Source: an uncultured Pseudomonadota bacterium (GTDB lineage: Bacteria; Pseudomonadota; Gammaproteobacteria; Steroidobacterales; Steroidobacteraceae). Taken from it: a stretch of DNA of 64,000 bases. The stretch is taken from the NCBI GenBank assembly GCA_963785055.1, contig CAWATT010000003.1, positions 252,157 through 316,156 on the forward strand, given 5' to 3'. Both the position numbers and the translations under genes were made by a program. This document shows, one piece after another, positions 21,862 through 32,168 of the stretch; the stretch's first letter is position 1; the number at the start of each line of letters is the position of its first letter. The notes under the pieces are model-generated. The model had not been told where the DNA came from. It searched no databases and saw only the letters and a list, made by a program, of their open reading frames with translations.

Positions 21862-21886
21862 GCTGACGGCGGGTCAGGCCGTCAGC
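21862..21886. terminator. hairpin between convergent DUF3604 gene and cho (overlaps the cho stop)
   Basis: GCTGACGGC-GGGTCAG-GCCGTCAGC, a 9-bp perfect stem with no clear T-tract. Confidence 0.35.
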
Positions 21887-22737
21887 TCGGTTACCGTCAC
21901 GCCGCCCTCGAGCAACGGGCGGCACAGGATCTGGTAGCAGTCCGCATCGAACTCCGGCCGCACGGTGGCCAGTCCGGCAGCTTCCCGCAGCGTGGCTGCC
22001 GAACCGAGGTGGCACCAGTTGCGCACCACATGATGCTCCGTCAGTTCGCCGTCGGATTCGGTGATCGACACTGCGCCTGCCCACGGCCAGCAGCGCAGCG
22101 CCATGGCCGACAGCGCCTCCCGCAGGCGTGCATCGTGCTCCAGCACGGATTCCTTGTGCGTGCAGACGCCTGCGCAGCGACCGAGCATCGAGCGCATGCA
22201 CGGCCGGTCCTTGGGCAACTTTTCCAGTCCCATGCGACCGAGGCACAGGCGCTGGGCATCGGCCATCCCGGCCAGGTGCGCGAGGGCCGCGGTGCGGCTT
22301 CGAAACAGCCCGTAGCAACCCGTGTCGCGACTGAAGTCGATGGTCTGGCAGTCGACGAGTTCGGGCCTGCCATCCGACAGCAGGATCGAGCACAGTCGGT
22401 AATTGCGTCGCAGTCGCCGGTTCAGCAGCGGGAAGTCCTGCTTGACCATGCGCGCCTCGAGCAACAGCGCCCCGATTTCGCCCGCAGTGCGATGAATACT
22501 GAGGCGCCGCGCCTGGCTGAGCATGCGCGCCTCGGTGCGATTGCGCAGGTGGGCGAGCAGTCGACTGCGCAGGTTCACGCTCTTGCCGATGTAGAGGGGC
22601 AGGTCGGCGACCTCACCGTGGAAGACGTAGACGCCCGGACGCTGCGGCACGGTTTCAACCTGCTCGCGCAGGTGCTCGGGATAGCGGTAGGGAACGCGGG
22701 AACCGCGTGGTCTCCGGACTGGTGATTTCATTCGCAT
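21874..22737 (-). CDS. cho: GIY-YIG excinuclease Cho (UvrC N-terminal homolog)
   Basis: Within ORF 21874..23013, the likely start is MRMKSPV at 22737. The GIY-YIG motif is PGVYVFHGEVADLPLYIGKSVNLRSRLLAHL...EIGALLLEARMVKQ. At about 288 aa it lacks the UvrC C-terminal half. Confidence 0.8.
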   Translation of the reverse strand: MRMKSPVRRPRGSRVPYRYPEHLREQVETVPQRPGVYVFHGEVADLPLYIGKSVNLRSRLLAHLRNRTEARMLSQARRLSIHRTAGEIGALLLEARMVKQDFPLLNRRLRRNYRLCSILLSDGRPELVDCQTIDFSRDTGCYGLFRSRTAALAHLAGMADAQRLCLGRMGLEKLPKDRPCMRSMLGRCAGVCTHKESVLEHDARLREALSAMALRCWPWAGAVSITESDGELTEHHVVRNWCHLGSAATLREAAGLATVRPEFDADCYQILCRPLLEGGVTVTELTA

Positions 22738-22770
22738 TGCGGTGGAGGACTCTGGGCGGTAGTTTGAAGC

Positions 22771-23697
22771 ATGTCCGCGTCGCCGACACTGCCTCCCGCC
22801 GTCTCCGGCCAACTGGTACGCATCGGACGGCAGGAGCTGGGACTGCGCGGCTACCTTGCCGGCAGCGGCCCTTCGCTGCTGCTTGTCCACAGCGTCAATG
22901 CTGCCGCTTCGGCTGCAGAAGTTCGACCGCTGCACGAGCACTACCGCGCCACCCGGACAGTCCTCAGCATGGACTTGCCCGGGTTCGGGGCCTCCGACCG
23001 CAGTGACCGGCACTACAGTCCGAGGCTGATGACGGATGCGGTGCTGGCGGCGGCCGCGGAACTTTCCGCACGCAATGGCGGTGGCCCGGTCGACGCGCTC
23101 GCCGTGTCGCTTGCCTGCGAGTTCCTGGCCCGCGCAGCGAGCGAACGACCCGACGCGTTCGGGCGAATTGCGCTAGTCAGCCCTACAGGTTTCAAGGGCC
23201 AGGCCCGTCCAGAAGGTCCGCCCGGCAGCGTCGTGGGTGCGCCATGGATACTGCGCCTGCTGCGCGGCCCGGGGTGGGGCAGGCCACTGTACCGCCTGCT
23301 CACGCGCCCGGCCGTGATCCGGTATTTCCTCGAGCGGACCTGGGGCTCGAAGCAGATCGACGAAACGCTCTGGCGATACGACATCGAAACGGCGCGGCAG
23401 CCCGGCGCCGAGCATGCACCGCTGCACTTCCTTGCCGCGCAACTGTTCAGTCTGGACGCACGCCGCCTTTATGAGTCGTTGTCTCAGCCGGTCTGGATGT
23501 CGCATGGCATTCGCGGCGACTTCACGGACTACCGAGGCAAGCACAGCGTCGAGCAGCGGCCGAACTGGAGCTTCGATGTCTTCCCGACCGGGGCGCTGCC
23601 CTATTTCGAAGTGCCCGCCGAGTTCTTCGTCCGCTACGACGCAGTCTCTGGCAGGCGTGCCGCGCGCATAGCCCAGGCGCAATGCTCTTCTGCGTGA
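22771..23697 (+). CDS. alpha/beta-fold hydrolase
   Basis: Intact 308 aa: GSGPSLLLVHSVNAAASAAEVRPL...SMDLPGFGASDR...VDALAVSLACEF (nucleophile-elbow-like). It is divergent from cho. Confidence 0.7.
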   Translation: MSASPTLPPAVSGQLVRIGRQELGLRGYLAGSGPSLLLVHSVNAAASAAEVRPLHEHYRATRTVLSMDLPGFGASDRSDRHYSPRLMTDAVLAAAAELSARNGGGPVDALAVSLACEFLARAASERPDAFGRIALVSPTGFKGQARPEGPPGSVVGAPWILRLLRGPGWGRPLYRLLTRPAVIRYFLERTWGSKQIDETLWRYDIETARQPGAEHAPLHFLAAQLFSLDARRLYESLSQPVWMSHGIRGDFTDYRGKHSVEQRPNWSFDVFPTGALPYFEVPAEFFVRYDAVSGRRAARIAQAQCSSA

Positions 23698-23726
23698 AAC
23701 CTACTCAGGGCTCATCGTGAGCTCCC

Positions 23727-23900
23727 TTAAAGCCAGCGGCCCGTGCTGACGGTCATCTGCCCATTGTTGCCAATCGGCACTGCCACGTTCATGCCCACCC
23801 CCACGTTGGCATTGCAGCCCGAGAGTGCGAGCGTGGCGAGGAGGGTGGCCGCGAGCACCACGCGCCGCGCGATCCCGTGAGACCTGGTTCCAGTGTTCAT
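23727..23900 (-). CDS. small (57 aa) lipoprotein
   Basis: MNTGTRSHGIARRVVLAATLLATLALSGCNANVGVGMNV..., with lipobox LSGC. It begins 2 nt after the upstream VOC gene stop. It is a short ORF, so confidence is moderate. Confidence 0.45.
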   Translation of the reverse strand: MNTGTRSHGIARRVVLAATLLATLALSGCNANVGVGMNVAVPIGNNGQMTVSTGRWL

Positions 23901-23902
23901 CT

Positions 23903-24754
23903 TCACGCTCCAATCTTCTGCAGGACGAGGATGGCGCCGCCCGGGTCGGTGATCACGGCCATGGTGCCTTCGCGCAATTCCGGCGAGGGCGGGAGCAGGA
24001 CCTTTCCGCCGAGCGCCTTCGTGCGTTCCACCGCCCCGGCAAGATCCAAGACGCCGAAGTGCGTGAGCCATGCCGTAGACCACAGCGGATCGGGGCTCCT
24101 GAAAATGCCCGCGCGCTCGACAGTCCCGGATTTCATCATCGTGTAGGTGCCGCCGCGCCGGGCGACATCGACGGGCGTGAGGCCCGTGACTTCCCGGTAG
24201 AAAGTCGCGGCCTGCACGGGATTGTTCGACGGCAACTCGGTCCAGACCACCCGGCCGGCCCCGGCACGTGTGGTGGCGTCGTCCGGATCCCCGATGCTGC
24301 TGCGGACGAGACCGATCACGGCCTTTTCGCTATCGGTCACGGCCGCGACGCGACCCATCGGGATGGTGCGAGCCGTGAGCGCCACCTGGCCACCGAGCGC
24401 CAGCGCGCGTGCGACGGAGGCATCCACATCCGCAACGGAGAAATAAGGGAGCCATCGCGTGATGGGCTTGCCGTCGGCCGGCGGTGCCGTCTGCACGATG
24501 CCGGCGACGTACACGCCGTCCTGCCGGGCCAGTGAGTAGGGCAGGCCGCCCGCGGAGGTGGCCTGCTCGAATTCCCAGCCAAATACTCCGCCGTAAAAGC
24601 GCCGCGCTGCCGCGGCATCCTCGGTGATGAGATCGTTCCACACGACTTTGCCGGCCAGCGGCGTCTGTGAGAAGGACATGCCGGAAAGGTCGAGGTTTCC
24701 CATCGACGCACAGGCGCCCAACAACGCCAGGGTGACGATCGCCAAGATTCTCAT
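23903..24754 (-). CDS. two-domain VOC (glyoxalase/bleomycin-resistance fold) lipoprotein
   Basis: Within ORF 23903..25141, the start MRILAIVTLALLGACAS is at 24754 (lipobox LLGAC). There are two VOC repeats: VVWNDLITEDAAAARRFYGGVFGWEF... and VVWTELPSNNPVQAATFYREVTGL... Confidence 0.8.
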   Translation of the reverse strand: MRILAIVTLALLGACASMGNLDLSGMSFSQTPLAGKVVWNDLITEDAAAARRFYGGVFGWEFEQATSAGGLPYSLARQDGVYVAGIVQTAPPADGKPITRWLPYFSVADVDASVARALALGGQVALTARTIPMGRVAAVTDSEKAVIGLVRSSIGDPDDATTRAGAGRVVWTELPSNNPVQAATFYREVTGLTPVDVARRGGTYTMMKSGTVERAGIFRSPDPLWSTAWLTHFGVLDLAGAVERTKALGGKVLLPPSPELREGTMAVITDPGGAILVLQKIGA

Positions 24755-24860
24755 CCCGGGCACTCCTCCAGGCAAAAGGTCCAACCCCGCCGAGTATAGG
24801 GCGAGGGGAGGGAGGGGGCAGTTGATATCGCGCTGCTGCCGGCGGTGCGACAATGCGGCG

Positions 24861-25334
24861 ATGCTGCGCATACTCTCCGACCTCTTCGATTCACTGAAGC
24901 CTTCCCTGGCGCCGGTCGACATTGCCGATCGGGAGCACACGCTGCAACTGGTGACGGCGGTACTGCTCATCGAGGTAGTCCGGGCCGACGGCGAGATCGA
25001 TGATTCCGAGCAAAGGGCAGTCATGGAGGCCCTTGGGTCGAGGTTCTCGTTGACGGGCCAGGAACTGGCTGATGTTTTCGAGCTGGCCCGGCACAAGTCG
25101 GAGCACGCGCACGATCTGCACAGCTTCACCGAACGGCTCAACGAGCAACTGGGTGAAGCCGAGCGGATACATGTGTTCGAGCTGCTGTGGGCCGTCGCCT
25201 ACGCCAATGGCAAGGCGGATGACCACGAGGCACATCTTCTGCGACGGCTGGCAGACCTGCTGCACATCCGTCATCAGGATGCGATTGGCGCCAAGCTGCG
25301 TGCCGAGCGCGCCTGCGCAGGGCCTGCGGTGTGA
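24861..25334 (+). CDS. TerB-family (tellurite-resistance-like) protein
   Basis: MLRILSDLFDSLKPS...HTLQLVTAVLLIEVVRADGEIDDSEQRAVMEAL...FELLWAVAYANGKADDHEAHLLRRLADLLHI. Confidence 0.8.
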   Translation: MLRILSDLFDSLKPSLAPVDIADREHTLQLVTAVLLIEVVRADGEIDDSEQRAVMEALGSRFSLTGQELADVFELARHKSEHAHDLHSFTERLNEQLGEAERIHVFELLWAVAYANGKADDHEAHLLRRLADLLHIRHQDAIGAKLRAERACAGPAV

Positions 25335-25389
25335 AAGCCCGGTGGTGTGCTACGGTGAGTGCCCTCCACGGACTACCGGTCTGCAGACC

Positions 25390-25959
25390 ATGCTCCAACT
25401 GATCCTGGGACTTGCGATCTTCCTCGGCATCCACTCGGTGTCCATCATCGCGCCGGCTGCACGTGACCGCTGGGCGGCCGCGATGGGTGCGAACGCGTGG
25501 CGCGGCCTGTATTCAATCGTGTCCATTGCCGGATTCCTGCTGCTGATTTACGGCTACGGCGTGGCGCGACAGTCGCCCGTAGTGCTCTACGCGCCGCCAC
25601 CGTGGACGCGACATGTCGCGTTCCTGCTGATGTTGCCCGTGTTCCCGCTGTTGTTCGCGGCGTACCTGCCCGGGCGGATCAAGTCGGCGGTGAAGCACCC
25701 GATGCTCGCCGCGGTGAAGATCTGGGCGTTTGCACACCTGCTTGCCAACGGCATGCAGGCGGACGTGCTGCTGTTCGGGGCCTTCCTGGCCTGGGCGGTG
25801 GTTGACCGCATCTCACTCAAGCGCCGCGTGGCGCGTCCCGTCAAGGCGGCGCCCGTGTCACCCTGGAACGATGCCATCGCCGTGATCGGCGGCCTGGTGG
25901 TCTATGTCGTGACGCTGTTCTGGCTGCACCGGGTGCTGGTGGGCATGCCGCTGGTCTAG
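25390..25959 (+). CDS. NnrU-family membrane protein
   Basis: MLQLILGLAIFLGIHSVSIIAPAARDRW...RGLYSIVSIAGFLLLIYGY...HPMLAAVKIWAFAHLLANG. Confidence 0.8.
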   Translation: MLQLILGLAIFLGIHSVSIIAPAARDRWAAAMGANAWRGLYSIVSIAGFLLLIYGYGVARQSPVVLYAPPPWTRHVAFLLMLPVFPLLFAAYLPGRIKSAVKHPMLAAVKIWAFAHLLANGMQADVLLFGAFLAWAVVDRISLKRRVARPVKAAPVSPWNDAIAVIGGLVVYVVTLFWLHRVLVGMPLV

Positions 25960-26094
25960 CGGATGGCTGGCGCATGTCCGGGTCCGGCATGCAAACGATT
26001 CCCGAGAGCTGATTGCTCGCGTATCCTCACTCTGGTTGAGTAATCAAAACACAGCGGACCTTGGCGGGAGCCAGGTGCGCGAAAAGGGGAGTCC

Positions 26095-29027
26095 GTGACC
26101 ACATCGACCTGGCTACATCTGGAAGATCGGCTGTTTTCGCTCAAGACGGTGGCCGGCTGCGTCGCCTGCGCAGTCGCAGGCTGGGCACCGCTCGCGCTAT
26201 CCGCCGAGAGCAGCCTTGCCACAGACACAGCCCTCGAGGAGGTCACGGTAACCGGCACCCGAATCCGCAGGACGGCGTAACCGCGCCGACGCCGGTCACG
26301 GTGGTTGACGCGGCCCGCATGCAGGACCTCGGCGCGACGAATATCGGCAACCTGCTGAACTCACTGCCGTCGTTCCGGCCGTCAGCGAACCTCCAGACCA
26401 CGAACATCGGCCCGCGTGCGGCCGGCATGATCCAGGCAGATCTGCGCGGCCTCGCCCCCGTGCGGACGCTGGTGCTCGTCGAACGACCGCCGGTTCGTGC
26501 CTTCCACGCAGGAAGGCACCATCGACCTGAACCAGATTCCCGACGCTGCTTGCTGGATCGCAGCCGAGGTGGTGACAGGCGGTGCTTCGCGCAGTACGGG
26601 TCGGACGCGGTCGCCGGCGTGGTGAACATCTTCACGCCAGCGCACCTGCGAAGGACTCAAGGGCGAACTGCAGTACGGGCGTCGGGGCGAGGGCGATGCC
26701 GAGAACATCCGCGCAGGTGTTGCCGGTGGCACGCCTTCGCGGCGAGGCAGTGGCCATCTGGTCGCCGCCATCGAGTACGAGGACAACAACGGCGCGGGAG
26801 GCTGCTACGAGCGTGACTGGTGCGCGCAGGAGTGGCAGGTCATCACCAACACCGGTTCGGCGAACCCGAACGCGGCCGGCCACAAACTGATCGGCTATCC
26901 GGTGAACAACATCCTGTCGAGCTCGCGCACCGTGAACGCTGTGCAGGGCGGCCTGATACTCAATGGACCGCTGCGGGGCACGGCATTCAACGACAATGGC
27001 ACGCCGCGCCAGTTCCAGTACGGCCTGGTGTTCCCGAACAATCCCACGTTCATGCAGGGTGGCGACGGGGCCGGCAGGAACGGCTTCATCGGCGCGCCGT
27101 ACATCATGATTCCCACCGAGCGCTACGTGGCGTTCGGCAGCCTGCAGTACGATTTCAGCGACAGCCTGCAGGCCTTTGCGGAGCTGTCGTACGGACACAC
27201 ATCGTCGAACGGCCGCGGCGCGCAGACGCGGGACTTCTTCGCCGCCGGCGCCAACGCCATCACCATTCGCGGGGATAATCCATTCCTGCCCGCGGCGCTG
27301 AGGACGGCCCTCACGACAGCCGGCCAGCCGCTGACCAGCGCGACCTCGTTCGTGCTGGGTCGCATGGGGGATGACTTCGGATACACGGACAACCGCAACA
27401 AGTCCGATGTGGTGCGCGTGCTGGCGGGCTTGAGCGGTTCCATCAGCGAAAGCTGGAAGTGGGACGTATCGGCGCAGTACGGCAGGACGAAGTACGAGCA
27501 GGATGTGCTGAACAATCGCATCCAGCAGCAGGTGATCGGCGTGCCGAACGCCACGGGCCAGGCAGCGCGCATCCAGCTCGCCGCAGACGTCACGACCAAT
27601 GGCGCCGGGCAGGCGGTCTGCCGCAGCACGCTCACCAATCCCAACAACGGCTGCGTGCCGGTCAACCTGTTCGGCGCGAACAACTTTTCCGGCCGCGGCC
27701 AAGGCTTACCTGTACGGTGACGGCTGGCTGAATCAGGAATTCACGCAGAAGGCCTTTGCGGCCAACCTGCAGGGCGATCTGTTCAGCACCTGGGCGGGCG
27801 CTGTGCCGCTGGCAGTCGGCGTGGAGTATCGCGACAACGACGCCAGCACCACGGCCGATCCCATCTCGGCCAGCAGCGGCTTCTACGTCTTCAATTCGGC
27901 TGTCGTCTCCGGCGGCATCAAGGTCAAGGAAGGATTTGCCGAGACCGTGGTGCCGTTGGCCAAGGACCTGCCGTGGCGAAATCGTTGTCGCTCAACGGCG
28001 CCGATCGGTTCACCGACTACAGCACCAGTGGCACGATGTGAAGACCTGGAAGTACGGCGCCGCGTACGAACCCGTCGACTGGCTGAAGTTCCGTGGCACG
28101 CGCTCGCGCGACATCCGCGCGCCGAATGCGGCAGAGCTCTACAGCCCGCAGGTCACCGGCTTCCAGACCATCAACGGCATCCTGGTGCCGACGGTCAGTG
28201 GTGGCAATCCGAACCTGAATCCCGGAGAACGCAGACACAAGACCATCGGTCGCGTATGCCATCGTCGGCAGCGGATCGCTGCAGGGCCTGCGCGCCAGCG
28301 CGGACTACTACAACATCGACATCAGACAACGTGATCGCGCACGCTGTCGGGCCAGGTGCTGCTGAACCGCTGCCTGCAGGCCGGCGCTGTACTGCAACCA
28401 GATCGATCTTCGAACCCGGCACCACGTCGCCGGCCCAGGTCAGCGTTGTGTCGCTGAACCTGAACCGGCTGGAGACCAGCGGCTTTGACTTCGAGCTGAG
28501 CTATCGCATGCCGCTGGAGCTGTTCTCGCGCACCGGCGACCTGGACCTGCGCCTGCTCGCCACGCGGGTCATCCACCTGAAGACCACGGATGCCACCGGT
28601 GCGGCCATCGAACGCGCGGGCGTCGCCGGCAACAACGTGTCCGGCGGTGGCGCGGGCCTGCCTCACTGGCAGCTCAACGCACTTCACCACCTACCAGACC
28701 GGTGGCCTGACGCTGTCGCTCGAAACACGCTACTGCAGGGCGGACTGTTCGACTCGACGCTGATCGGGCCCGAGCAGGCCGGTTACAACGTGAACCTGCC
28801 CAACAGCATCAACACCAACCATGTGGATGGGCGCGATCTACTTCAATCTCGGTGCGCGCTACAAGCTGCAGAGCGTGGCCGACGGCAAGCTCGAGGTGTT
28901 CGGCGCTATCCAGAACCTGCTGGACAAGGATCCGCCGGTGGCGCCCAGCAACCAGGGCGCAACCAACCAGCTGCTGTTCGATCCGCTGGGCAGGCTGTAC
29001 CGCTTCGGCGTGCGGATGAACTTCTGA
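26095..29027 (+). pseudogene. TonB-dependent receptor, more than 10 frame changes
   Basis: GTG at 26095 (AAGGGGAG upstream). The plug region reads EEVTVTGTRIRR / GVTAPTPVTVVDAARMQDLGATNIGNLLNSLPSF / EVVTGGASAQYGSDAVAGVVNIF. Barrel pieces occur in all three frames. The terminal strand is LFDPLGRLYRFGVRMNF* at 29027. Confidence 0.88.
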
Positions 29028-29040
29028 TGCGGCGCGATCG

Positions 29041-30643
29041 CTAGCGCTGCACGACTGGCGGATCATCCAGAAGCTGGCGCAGGTCGCGCACGGGATCGCT
29101 CACCGCGCGCGACACGGCGTCGAAGATCATCGAAGGCTGTGCCTGCGGCTCGAACGGCGGCCAGTAGGCCAGCCCCGGCGCATTCGGATTGCCCGTGCGC
29201 GCGAACTGGATCCATGCGGCGCTCATGGCGTCGGCCACGAGTTGGGCCGCGGCGGCGTCCGCACCGGTCATGCCGGTGCCCGACGCGACGTTGTCGAACA
29301 CCAGCGGCACGTCGAGGCCGTGGTGCGCGCGCAGCCTGCCGCCGCCCAACGGCGTTTCCCATTCCAGGCGGTAAAGATAGACGGGCGCGCCGCGCTGGGC
29401 TGCCTTGCGGCTGGCCAGCGTGCGCGCGTTCCTGCCCATGCCGAGTTCGGTGGTGACGGCAAAGTACAGATCGCTCGGGGATGCAGCAGGACGCTGGCGG
29501 CGCAGGGCCGTGATGACCTCGTCGACGTCGGCTGCGGGCATGGCCACCACCAGGTGCCGCCGCAGGCCAGCCCAGTCCAGATCGAAAGCATCGGCGGGCG
29601 GAAACAGCACGGTGGTCTCGTCCTTGTTCGAACCCACGATCACCGCGACATCCGCCGACTGCGCGGGTGCATCCGGCGTGAAAGGGTGGCGTAGCACCGA
29701 GCGTCCATCGACCACCGGCCCGACGCCAAGCGGTGTGCCACCCGTAACTTTCCGCAACGCATCGATGAGCTGGTCCACCGGCACCCGCTGCAACTCGCGC
29801 GCCTGCCGACCCTGGAGACCCAGTTCCTTGAGCACGCCCGCGGTGGTCTTCGCGGCATCTTCCGCGGGAATCCCCGTGATGCCGAAGCCGCTCTGCAGGA
29901 TGGCGCGACGGAACAGGCCGCGCGCCTCCGGCATGCCCATCAGCGTGCCGGCCTTGCCGCCGCCGCCGGATTCGCCGAACACGGTTACCGTGGCCGGGTC
30001 ACCACCGAACTCGGAGATGTTGTCGCGGACCCATTGCAGTGCCAGCACCAGGTCGAGCTGTCCCACGTTGCCGGAATCCGCGAACTCCGCGCCAGCGACG
30101 TCGCCGAGATAAAGGTACCCAAAGGCGTTGAGACGATGGTTGAGGGTCACCACCACGATGTCGCCGCGCCGCGCCAGGCGCTCGCCGTCAGTTGCGGGTG
30201 CCTCTCCCGAGCCCACCACATACCCGCCGCCGTGCAGCCAGACCATCACCGGCCGGCGCTTGCCGTCACGCAGGCCCGGCGTCCAGACGTTCAGCACCAG
30301 GCAGTCTTCGCTGATGCGCGCGGTCGGGTCCGGTCGTTCGTTGCCTCCGGTAGGTGGCATCTGTGGGCACTGATCGCCGTAGCGTCGCGCGTCTCGCGTG
30401 CCCTTCCACGGGTCCGGAGCGCGCGGCGACTTGAACCGGCCGGATCCTGCCGTGGATGCCCCGTAGGGAATGCCCTTGAAGCTGTGAATCCCCTGGCTCG
30501 CGGAGCCGCGCAATTCCCCGCCACCGAGCAGTTGCGGTCGGACCGCTGGCGGTACCCTGGGCCAGCGCAAGGCTGGAAATCGACAGGCCCGCCGTCGCTG
30601 CGGTCAGGCTCCATTTCAGCACGCATCGCACAAGCCTGCGCAT
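29041..30643 (-). CDS. type-B carboxylesterase/lipase family protein, one frame change near 30550
   Basis: N-terminal signal MRRLVRCVLKWSLTAATAGLSISSLALAQG (ORF 30266..30643). The body is in ORF 29041..30570: FKGIPYGASTAG, EDCLVLNVWTP, VMVWLHGGGY, and TVFGESGGGGKAG (GESxG nucleophile). Confidence 0.88.
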
Positions 30644-30655
30644 GGGAAGCTTCCG

Positions 30656-31117
30656 TCAGCGCTTCGCGGGTTGCAGCAACTCGAAATGATTGCCAGCCGG
30701 ATCCAGTGCCATGGCAATGCGGATTCCGCTGTTGCCGAAGGCGAACGGCTCCCGCTCGATGCGACCGCCGGCTGCCTTCACCCGCTCGACCGCTGCATCG
30801 AGATCGCTCACGTTGAAGACCAGGTGGCCCATGTCGTGCGCGATCTCATCCGAGGGGCGCGATCTCAGCACCAGGTCCGGCGCCGGGTTGGCCTTGGCTG
30901 CCTCGGGCGTGGCGCCGAAATCCAGCATGATCTGCGTGAACTGGGGGTTCTGCATCCGCTGAACCTCGTGCATGCCGAGCGCGGTCTGATAGAACTTCGC
31001 CAACGCAGTGACATCGCTGGCGCCGATGCGAACGCCATTGAGCGAATTCCCGGCATCAGCACCAGCAGCGAGCGGCGCGGCCAGCATCAGCAGCGCAACA
31101 AGGGAAATCTTCGGCAT
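30656..31117 (-). CDS. exported single-domain VOC/glyoxalase-fold protein
   Basis: The start MPKISLVALLMLAAPLAAGA is at 31117, followed by IGASDVTALAKFYQTALGMHE...HLVFNVSDLDAAVERVKAAGG. It ends 12 nt upstream of the esterase gene on the same strand. Confidence 0.75.
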   Translation of the reverse strand: MPKISLVALLMLAAPLAAGADAGNSLNGVRIGASDVTALAKFYQTALGMHEVQRMQNPQFTQIMLDFGATPEAAKANPAPDLVLRSRPSDEIAHDMGHLVFNVSDLDAAVERVKAAGGRIEREPFAFGNSGIRIAMALDPAGNHFELLQPAKR

Positions 31118-31248
31118 GGGGACTGGACTCCTCGGATTGGTCCCGCGATTCAACCCTGTCGTGCCGGCAATTGCAAAGGCGCGGGAGTACAACCGACACC
31201 TGTTAGGTGCTAGCGTAGGTGCCGTTGACACTTCGGGGGGAGAGACAC

Positions 31249-31735
31249 ATGTTTCGGCGTGATTTCAGTTCCGGCCTGCTGCTGTTCGGGGGTGCTTTGG
31301 CCTCGGCGGGCGTGGTCGCCCCGTTGTCCGCAGCGCAGACCGGATGCGCCGGTTCGCTGACGGAACAGGACCTGCGCGACTACCTGGCGGCCTTCAACGC
31401 CAGCGACTTCGACGGCTTCGCGCGTTTCGTATGCCCCGGACGTGCTCTTCGAGGGACAGGGCGGCACGTTCCGCAGCCGCGAGGAAGTGCTTGCCTTCTA
31501 CCGGGACGTGAAATCACGCGTACGCGAGACCATCACGCTCAACGACATCGTCGCCGGGGACGGGGACATCGCCGCGGACATCACCACCGAGCTGGTCGCC
31601 ATCCGCGACTTCCCGAACCTGTCCACCGGCGCCATGCGCCAGGGAGAAACGCGCCGCTCCCAGAACTTCGTCTGGTACCAGTTCCGGGGCCGCGAGTTCG
31701 TGCATATCCGGTCCGCGCGCTACCGTCGCCTGTGA
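31249..31735 (+). CDS. Tat/Sec-exported NTF2/SnoaL-like protein, one frame change near 31435
   Basis: MFRRDFSSGLLLFGGALASAGVVAPLSAAQ, then DLRDYLAAFNASDFDGFARF. It continues in ORF 31442..31735 (FEGQGGTFRSREEVLAFYRDVKSRVRETITLNDIV...). Confidence 0.6.
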
Positions 31736-31742
31736 GGTCAAC

Positions 31743-32168
31743 GTGAACAACTGTCGCCCCGCGGAAGGGATGAGCCGTGAACGCTTCCAGGCCTATATAG
31801 ACGCGTTCAACCGCAACGACCATGCCTACGGTGATTACTACGACGAGAACGTGGTGCTGGTCATTGCCGGGAACACCGAGCTGCGTGGCCGCCAGGCAAT
31901 CCATGACTTCTATCGTGATGTGAAGACCCAGACGCGGCGCACCATCCAGGTCAACCGCTACCTGAGCACGCCAGACCGTATCGCGGTCGAGCTCCAGTCC
32001 GAGTTCCTCGCACTCGAGGACGTTCCCGATTTCACCGCGGGCGCCATGCAGAAGGGCGACCGCATCTTCATCAACACATTCGTCATATACGAACTCAAGG
32101 ATGGTCGTTTCGCCCGCATTCGCTCAGCGGTGTTCCGCAAGGTCGAGACCAAAGCGACGAAGCCGTGA
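31743..32168 (+). CDS. NTF2/SnoaL-like protein (paralog of the preceding gene, no signal peptide)
   Basis: RERFQAYIDAFNRNDHAYGDYYDENVVLVIAGNTELRGRQAIHDFYRDVKTQTRRTIQVNRYL. It is colinear with the upstream paralog (EEVLAFYRDVKSRVRETITLN). Confidence 0.65.
   Translation: MNNCRPAEGMSRERFQAYIDAFNRNDHAYGDYYDENVVLVIAGNTELRGRQAIHDFYRDVKTQTRRTIQVNRYLSTPDRIAVELQSEFLALEDVPDFTAGAMQKGDRIFINTFVIYELKDGRFARIRSAVFRKVETKATKP

Noticed and set aside
22738-22770. Looked for a LexA/SOS box upstream of cho, which is SOS-regulated in E. coli.
   Set aside because: No CTGT-N8-ACAG or other palindromic LexA-like motif is present in the 33-bp divergent gap.
21874-23013. Long N-terminal extensions in the ORF track: cho 379 aa, 23903-25141 412 aa, 40574-41503 309 aa, 35381-35971, 34825-35433.
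   Set aside because: The extensions overlap divergent or upstream genes and lack coding character. Internal Met codons give family-typical lengths, signal peptides or lipoboxes.
25960-26094. Possible riboswitch or Fur box upstream of the TonB-dependent receptor.
   Set aside because: I found no B12-box, TPP-like core or GATAATGATAATCATTATC-like sequence. The region is short and unremarkable.
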